DNA of 64,000 bases from a bacterium (GTDB taxonomy: Bacteria > DRYD01). The notes under the pieces are model-generated. The model had not been told where the DNA came from. It worked only from the letters and a program-made list of their open reading frames with translations, and ran no database searches. Shown piece by piece: positions 57,610-64,000 of this stretch. Numbering within the stretch: position 1 is the first letter of the stretch; each line of letters begins with the position of its first letter. A program made the position numbers and the translations under genes. The stretch is taken from positions 15,341-79,340 of the forward strand of contig JBCNVB010000026.1 in NCBI GenBank assembly GCA_039630415.1, in the 5' to 3' direction.

Positions 57610-57810
57610 ATGATAATGAAAATCACAATCACTGTAAAGGACAAGGGTGGAAATATAGTCCATAAGGAGGATTTTTTCATAAAAGAAAAGTCTCAAATAT
57701 TGCAAATCTCTGAAAAGGTATCAGACAAAATAGTAGAGCTAGAGGGTAGGTATCCTTATCCAGAATATGAAATAGAACAAAATCTATCCTGGGTGGACCA
57801 AGAAGTATAG
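57610..57810 (+). CDS. Small hypothetical protein (66 aa)
   Basis: AAGGAG RBS at proper spacing and normal charged composition. Confidence 0.6.
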   Translation: MIMKITITVKDKGGNIVHKEDFFIKEKSQILQISEKVSDKIVELEGRYPYPEYEIEQNLSWVDQEV

Positions 57811-57884
57811 TATTGTAATCATAATAGACTACAGGGAATATTTTGCGGGGGGTACAATATATAAAAGAGAGGTGATTATTAAAA

Positions 57885-58934
57885 ATGATGGATAAATTGA
57901 ATAAAATAAATATAAGTAATTTCATTAGAAATGTTGAAATTTCCAATAGGTATAGTATCAATAATGACTCCGAAAAGGATATCTTTACTCTTATAGATGA
58001 TGGACTAATAATACGTGATCTTACTCCACAAGAAGAAGAAATTATAAAAGCAGAGATAGATAGATACAAGAATTATACTTTAGTAGATTTAAAAGAAATT
58101 GAGAAATCTCCGGAGGAAAGGAAAAAACTGTATGTTTTTCTGAATGCTGCACTCTACAATAATTTTTATGATATTTCCCAAATACTTATGAATAATAATC
58201 GGTCCAGATTTTCTCTAACTTTAGAGATTGATGATGATAATAAATTAAGTACAAGACTAAGTATAGCTGATGACATTAAATTTACAGCAAATGTTAAGTC
58301 TTTTAAGAGAGCTATAGAGAAAATGAAAAGAAAAAATATAAGTAGTTTTGGACAATTAACTGATATTGTTAGAGGGAGGATAGAATGTAAGAGTTTTGAA
58401 CAGGTTTTAAAAATTGTCGATTTATTAAAACAACAACTTCCTCAACAAAATAAAGAAATAATAGAGATTGATAACATGATATTAAACCCAAGGGATAATT
58501 ACATGGGAGCAGTACATTTGCTAATAAGAGACAAAGAAACTGGTGTAATATTTGAACTTCAATTATCTACCCAGAATATGTTGAATTTCTTCAATAGAAA
58601 GGTTAAGGTAGATTATGGAAAAAGGGAAGTAGTATCTGATAAAAATATTTTCATTGATGATGATCAATTTTGGAGTGATTATCATGATTTAGTGTATAAA
58701 GCTTTGAATAAGCTTAAAAATGACCCTAAGTATAGTCATTTATGGCCTGAATTTAGGGAAATTGAAAAAGAGTATTTAGAGATTCAAAGAGAAATATTTG
58801 AAGCAGAAAAGCAGGGGATTTTTGAACAAAGGAAAGATCAAATCGAGCAAAGACTAAAAAATCTCGATAATCTAATTAATCGAACTTTTTCAAAAATTGA
58901 AAAACAAGAAATAATAAAAAGCATAGAGGGATAG
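57885..58934 (+). CDS. RelA/SpoT-like nucleotidyltransferase-domain protein (small alarmone synthetase-like)
   Basis: VKSFKRAIEK, LTDIVRGRI, NYMGAVHL, FELQLST, YHDLVYK appear in synthetase-domain order; GAGGTG RBS. Confidence 0.65.
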   Translation: MMDKLNKINISNFIRNVEISNRYSINNDSEKDIFTLIDDGLIIRDLTPQEEEIIKAEIDRYKNYTLVDLKEIEKSPEERKKLYVFLNAALYNNFYDISQILMNNNRSRFSLTLEIDDDNKLSTRLSIADDIKFTANVKSFKRAIEKMKRKNISSFGQLTDIVRGRIECKSFEQVLKIVDLLKQQLPQQNKEIIEIDNMILNPRDNYMGAVHLLIRDKETGVIFELQLSTQNMLNFFNRKVKVDYGKREVVSDKNIFIDDDQFWSDYHDLVYKALNKLKNDPKYSHLWPEFREIEKEYLEIQREIFEAEKQGIFEQRKDQIEQRLKNLDNLINRTFSKIEKQEIIKSIEG

Positions 58935-59677
58935 TTTAGTTATAATAATGTATAAAACAGCTTATCGAGGTTATGGCAGATCCATGATATTTTAGCTCTT
59001 TATTCGAGTTTTGAGTGTATTTCTACATTTAGAAGCGTATTAATTTGCTTAAGCTCAGATAACATTATGCTTTTTAAAAACTGATAGTATTTCTTGAATG
59101 AGTTCTTGTGATAGCCCATAATCCGGAAATATCTTGAAATATAAGGTAGTCTCTGATTAGATTTCATGCTAATTTAAATGTATACTCAATTGAATATCCA
59201 ATTCTAACTAGTTACGTAAACTTTAACTGTTTGATATACGTGATTAGACTGTTTTCATCGTGGGCGTTACTGTGGCAACATTATGAAATAATAACAGGCC
59301 TGTTGTAGTTTCCATCTCTATCTAATTATATGAGTACATAAAAGTACTAGTGAATACCATTGCTATCATTATGAAAAAGATTAAGCTATTTTCATTTTTA
59401 CCTTCTTTTTCACTAGATGAGTTGCAAATAATAACTTCTTTATGTATATATTATTGTGCATTGATATCCCTTGCAGTTTGAGTGTCTTCTTTATGGTCTA
59501 GAAGTAGATGTTTTTAGAAGTGATGTTAAAGGAAAAGTCAGATGTAGTGTGGTAGTTGTTCTATTCGATTTGTTTTCTAGAAAAAGTACTTAGTCTAACG
59601 ATTTTCTGACAAAGTGTGCTTTATCAACATATATAGTAAATTGCTGATCTAATTTCTGCTGGATTCTTTTTGTTTCA

Positions 59678-61938
59678 TTACCTAAGCTCTTTCCAGTCTT
59701 TAATTCTTAGTCCTTGTGAAGCGATTTCATATGATACTTCTATTCCTCTTATTTCAACTGTTTTTCTTAGACCAACTATTGTTTGACCTGTTAATGCTGT
59801 AACATTTTCTTTCAGACTACTGTTAGATGTATCAAATACTAGTCTGTATACTATTGATGATCCTCTGGTTCTATTTAGCTGTGTTGTTTGCCAGCTACCT
59901 TGATTTATCCTATACATTACTTTAGTACTATTTGCGGGGAAGAAATCTACCTCTATTGAGAGTGGATTAACTTTTGTATATGAATTGTTTAAAAGATTAG
60001 ATGGTATATTTATGGTACAATATAAGGGAGTATTATTTAATATTCTATTTGCAACCATTACTGATGTTGGTATTTGGTTAAAGGCCCCACTAATTCTTAA
60101 AATGATTTTCTTTACATAAAAAGAAGAATTATTGAAATTAAATGACTCGGTGGAGTTACCAGTTTTTGCTATTAAATCTTTACTTTCTATTATAAAATTA
60201 TCAGCGTTAATGTACATTTGGCTCATTTGTAGAAAAGAAAATAAAACTCGTCTAGTGTTACTATCTGTTACGATAAAATCTACTGAATTTGGTCCACTAA
60301 AATTTACCATTGCAGCATTGACAAAATCTGCGTTTGTACTTTCAGTTACTCCACCATACTGTCCTAGGAAATAGTTTCTATATTTACCGTTTGTTGGATT
60401 TCTAATCATAAGAAATACTCTGCCATTTACTTTTGTAATAACTGCATTATTTTTATCAGTATGTTTTATTGACAAATCAAAAGGAATTTCTTGGTTTCCA
60501 GCTATTTTGAAATGAGTAGGATTAAGAGATACTGTGCTATCTGTTACAATAAATATATCTAATTCATTATCTCTATTAAAATCTGCTAGTACTATACTGT
60601 TTGCTGCCCCTGTATATTCTGGAAACGGAGGAGCATTACCTTCAGCGTTTTTTGTGTATTTGGACCTCTATATTCGCTGGTTTCTACTGCATTGCTTCTT
60701 ATTACTATTTTTTTAGTTTTATTATTATTATTTGTAAGTTCAAAGTCGTACAATATAATATCTGGAGAACTTTGGATGTTAGGATTGTTTCCTCCAAAGT
60801 ATATCTTACCTTGATTATCTTTTTTACCGTAATAAATATATAATCGAGAATTATTAGTAGTTCCAACTAATATATCTACTATACCATCTTTATTTATGTC
60901 TCCTGCGCTTATTACTTGTGCGCCTTGATCACTTATTGATAATCCTGTTGTTACTACTTTGACTGGATTACCAAAAGATATTGTATTGCTAGATGATTGA
61001 TTTGGTATTACATATACTGCACCGTCTGTTGATGCTATTATTATATCTTGTTTACCATCGTTGTTATAATCGAATCTTTCTATTATATATTTTTGAAGAT
61101 TGTTATCATATTTTTGGTATGTTGAAACTATTGAATGTGCAGTCCACTTAATATCTAATTTTATCTCATCTGGATTATTATTCTGATTCCGTGATGAATA
61201 CCATGAATCTGTATTTATCACGATCTTAGAAAAAGTTTCATTATTACCTTGTACAAAAATTGCTGCTTCTATTATTCCTCGTGATATAGTATTGTTATTT
61301 GCTCTGATTACAAACAAATCAGCTCTACCATCATTATTGAAGTCTCCTATTACTGATGATACTGCCATCCTGTTTAGGTTACTTGAGTATTTTTGTTCTG
61401 CTATAAGATTATCACCATCTTTATATATCTTGTATATATCTCCTCTAGGTGTTATTCCCCTGGCTACTGATCCTGATAAGTTGGGATCCCAGCATATATT
61501 TGCAATATAATTTCCTCCGAGATTTAATTCCAGTTCTTGAAAACCTATGTCATTTATAATTCTTGCAAAGGTTAGAATATAGTTGTTATTAGAATCTCTA
61601 TTTATTTCCCAAGCATTAGTCAAAACATTATTATTAATCCTCGCTTCTGCTACTCTTAATAGACTGTTGTTAGAAAGATTGAAAGGATACGTTGTGTTTT
61701 GATTATTAGCTGATGGTAGGTTAATTGTAGCAAATCTAAGGTTATTAACTCCTAAGAATCGCATGTAACTATTCATAATTTGTGGAGGTATTTGATTAGC
61801 AAAATTATTGTATGAAACTTCATCTGCTAAAAAGCTTATTGCATTTTGGGAAACAGATATACCACTCCATACTATGGAAATGTATAAACCAAATAACAAT
61901 AATGAAACTATAACCCATCTAATCAATTTTTTGTTCAC
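59678..61938 (-). pseudogene. Exported FG-GAP/VCBS-repeat protein, split by a frameshift near 60648-60653 (ORF track entries 60592..62025 and 59678..60475)
   Basis: Repeats GDFNNDGRADL, FDYNNDGKQDI and GDINKDGIVDI in the first frame; ADFNRDNELDI in the second frame, which runs into the downstream ORF. Signal-like N-terminus from GTG 61938. Confidence 0.75.
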
Positions 61939-62596
61939 CCCACATATATGTATATAACAAAAAACTATTTTGTCAAGTACACTTAATGTTAACTTTTTGT
62001 AAAAAAAATAACTTAATTTTAACAATTTAAAGATGGGTTGAAATTCTTTATATAATCAATTTACTTAGGATTAAGCAATAAATACTTTACTCTTGATTTT
62101 CTTCTCATATTGTAACCAATGTGGAATATAGATATGGAAGTTTTTTATTAGATTAGTAACAAATATTTGTGATTAAAAAGGCCTAGTATTAATTCCATTA
62201 TTCCAGTTATGTTCTAAAAATAACCCTTTGGAAAGTTATTTTTTGATTCAAAAGTACATAAGAAAACATACAATAGAAAGTTTCGATACTGACTTTTATG
62301 AATATAACAGTAGAATTGACAAATAATAGTGCTATCCTGGAATTAAGTTAGGGTTAACTTCAAAAAATAGTAGAGTATACTATTATCAAGTATGAGGTTG
62401 TTATACTCAAAGAGCTGTTTATGGATTTCTATTACTCAAAAATTTCTTGATAGGACAACTAAAAGATAATGGATTTAATTCTGTTATTTATTTTTTTTGA
62501 AAAGGATTTTTTGAATTGATGTATGAAATACTAATGAAACCATTTTTGTTAACTTCGCTTAGTGTCAAGTATTTATGGTAAGGAGGTGGTGGAAAA

Positions 62597-63172
62597 ATGA
62601 TACAAGGATATGATTATGGAAAAGTACAAACTGCCCCATACACAATAGAAGATTTGGAACTTCTTAAGAAAACTCTTTTATTCACTGAGGAAGATATCAA
62701 GTATCTCAAACTAGCAGGAGAAGTACTAAAAGATCAAATAGATGATATACTAAATCTTTGGTATAGCTATGTTGGTTCAAACCCACATCTATTATATTAC
62801 TTTACTGATAAGAATACCGGAGAACCGATAGGAGAATACTTAGAAAAAGTTAGAAAAAGATTTGGACAATGGATAATAGATTTAACAAATGCAGAATACG
62901 ACCAAAACTGGCTTAACTATCAATATGAAATATCTATAAGACATCACAAAAAAAAGAAAAATCAAACAGACAATGTTAACTCAGTAGAACATGTACCTTT
63001 AAGATATATGATAGCTTTCATATTTCCAATAACATTTACTATAAAACCATTCCTCGCAAAGAAATCACATACTAGTGAGGAAGTGGAAAAAATGTATAAT
63101 GCTTGGTTTAAAGCGGTAGTTCTATCTGTTGTACTGTGGAGCTACCCATACGCTAATAAAGATGAATGGTAA
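62597..63172 (+). CDS. Protoglobin (single-domain globin)
   Basis: IQGYDYG, LELLKKTLLFTEED, WYSYVGSNPHL, VRKRFGQWI, WLNYQYEI.IRHH..KKNQTD, VPLRY, AWFKAV..V.LWSYPY. Confidence 0.9.
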   Translation: MIQGYDYGKVQTAPYTIEDLELLKKTLLFTEEDIKYLKLAGEVLKDQIDDILNLWYSYVGSNPHLLYYFTDKNTGEPIGEYLEKVRKRFGQWIIDLTNAEYDQNWLNYQYEISIRHHKKKKNQTDNVNSVEHVPLRYMIAFIFPITFTIKPFLAKKSHTSEEVEKMYNAWFKAVVLSVVLWSYPYANKDEW

Positions 63173-63190
63173 AATAAAATAAAAAAGTGT

Positions 63191-63217
63191 TACCCCCACC
63201 TTATTAAGGTGGGGGTA
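63191..63217. terminator. Rho-independent, probably bidirectional terminator
   Basis: Perfect inverted repeat TACCCCCACCTTA-T-TAAGGTGGGGGTA between convergent genes; A-tract on the left gives a U-tract for the minus strand. Confidence 0.85.
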
Positions 63218-63228
63218 GATAATCATTA

Positions 63229-64000
63229 TTACTTGATTTCTTGAATTTGGAATTGTTTCACAGATTTTGCAGGTGGATCAACTATTATTCCAACAGTAAA
63301 AATTTTCTCGTAGTGTAGGTATTTGTTGAAATGCCGTTTAGATAGGATTTGCTCAATGGGTTGTCTTTTGTCAACTTTGAATTCAAAAATATAAGCTGTA
63401 TTTCGATGCAAAACTGTCAAATCTATGCTGCCAGTGAAAGAGGTATCTTCTGCAATGACATTAAATCCGGTAGCCACCAAGAAAACATAAAATACTGTAC
63501 AGTAAAAAGCTTCATATTGACTTGTGTGAGTGTACCATTGAAAAGGTACTTGAGCAAACAGTGTATTGAGAAACGTTGGAAGTTGATCGATTTGTGAGTT
63601 ATGGAAAATTATCTTAAGATTTTTGACTAATGTATGTGAATCGTGATAAAAGAAGTTGGCGATGAGAGTATTAAGGGCTATTTTTACTTCCTTGTTTGGA
63701 TAGGATAGCTCGAACTCTGTTATGTCGTCGAATTTTATGACTTGTTTGATAGTTAAGTATCCAGATTGAAAAAGCAAGGCCTCAGGAAGAATAGTTTCAA
63801 TATCAAACAAAGAAAGTAGTTGTTCAGTTGAATAAGTTTTTTCTAGTTTTGGTACGTAGAACTGTTTTTGTTGAAGTACTTTAATTAAGAAAGAAGGGGT
63901 ACCTGTTTCGAACCAGTAGTTTCTAAAGTCTCTTTTTTGAAGATAGAGTAATACATCAAAGGGATTATATACGTTCTCACCAAGCCAATTATACCCATTG
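63229..64000 (-). CDS. AAA-ATPase-like / PD-(D/E)XK nuclease (PDDEXK_9-type) protein, 5'-truncated by window edge
   Basis: Frame open to the window end: NGYNW...VYNPFDVL...NYWFETGTPSF, LLFQSGYLTIK, YPNKEV, GSIDL...YIFEFK. Confidence 0.85.
   Translation of the reverse strand, partial: NGYNWLGENVYNPFDVLLYLQKRDFRNYWFETGTPSFLIKVLQQKQFYVPKLEKTYSTEQLLSLFDIETILPEALLFQSGYLTIKQVIKFDDITEFELSYPNKEVKIALNTLIANFFYHDSHTLVKNLKIIFHNSQIDQLPTFLNTLFAQVPFQWYTHTSQYEAFYCTVFYVFLVATGFNVIAEDTSFTGSIDLTVLHRNTAYIFEFKVDKRQPIEQILSKRHFNKYLHYEKIFTVGIIVDPPAKSVKQFQIQEIK

Noticed and set aside
60645-60656. Programmed -1 ribosomal frameshift at A-AAA-AAC
   Set aside because: The heptamer is not in the required phase (zero-frame codons are CAA AAA ACG), so a canonical slippery site is not supported.
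277-63597. Numerous short ORFs (60-170 aa) antisense to or nested in longer genes, e.g. 28500..29006, 29352..29723, 46393..46785
   Set aside because: They overlap well-supported genes, lack motifs and look like shadow ORFs.
63229-64000. AAA/PD-(D/E)XK gene as a mobile element or defined defence system
   Set aside because: Common multi-copy family, truncated by the window; no transposase, terminal repeats or partner genes visible.

Overview
AT-rich, gene-dense bacterial chromosome segment with about 57 genes. I found no rRNA, tRNA, CRISPR array or transposase. Most genes are housekeeping but in heavily shuffled order: pilB, acyl-CoA catabolism, trmI, dapA, truD, ndk, nuoH, sigH, icd-mdh-citrate synthase, rpsT-rplT, efp-rpsP-ffh-glmM, pilT, recJ, lepA, yidC-jag, radA, deoC, comF, dnaK. 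An exopolysaccharide-type cluster (YaiO barrel, GT2 synthase, deacetylase) lies at 46.8-52.5 kb, and an accessory region follows 55.4 kb. TrmI, protoglobin, a DnaK lacking the typical Gram-negative insert, a SigH-like factor and an outer-membrane barrel suggest a possibly thermophilic, diderm, Terrabacteria-like lineage (inference only). Highlights: (1) NuoI appears split by a GltD/DsrL-like FAD/NAD(H) flavoprotein next to nuoH, a candidate alternative electron-input module for complex I. (2) A membrane-anchored TROVE/Ro60-like protein has a Y-RNA-like stem-loop just upstream, divergent from a small ORF plus a RelA/SpoT-like gene. (3) CcdA is circularly permuted. (4) EF-P has IAQA in place of the PGKG loop. 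(5) Two adjacent pseudo-enzymes: a P-loop-less YchF and a pseudokinase-TPR protein. (6) An FG-GAP surface-protein gene is frameshifted. All calls come from reading motifs by eye; no database search was run.
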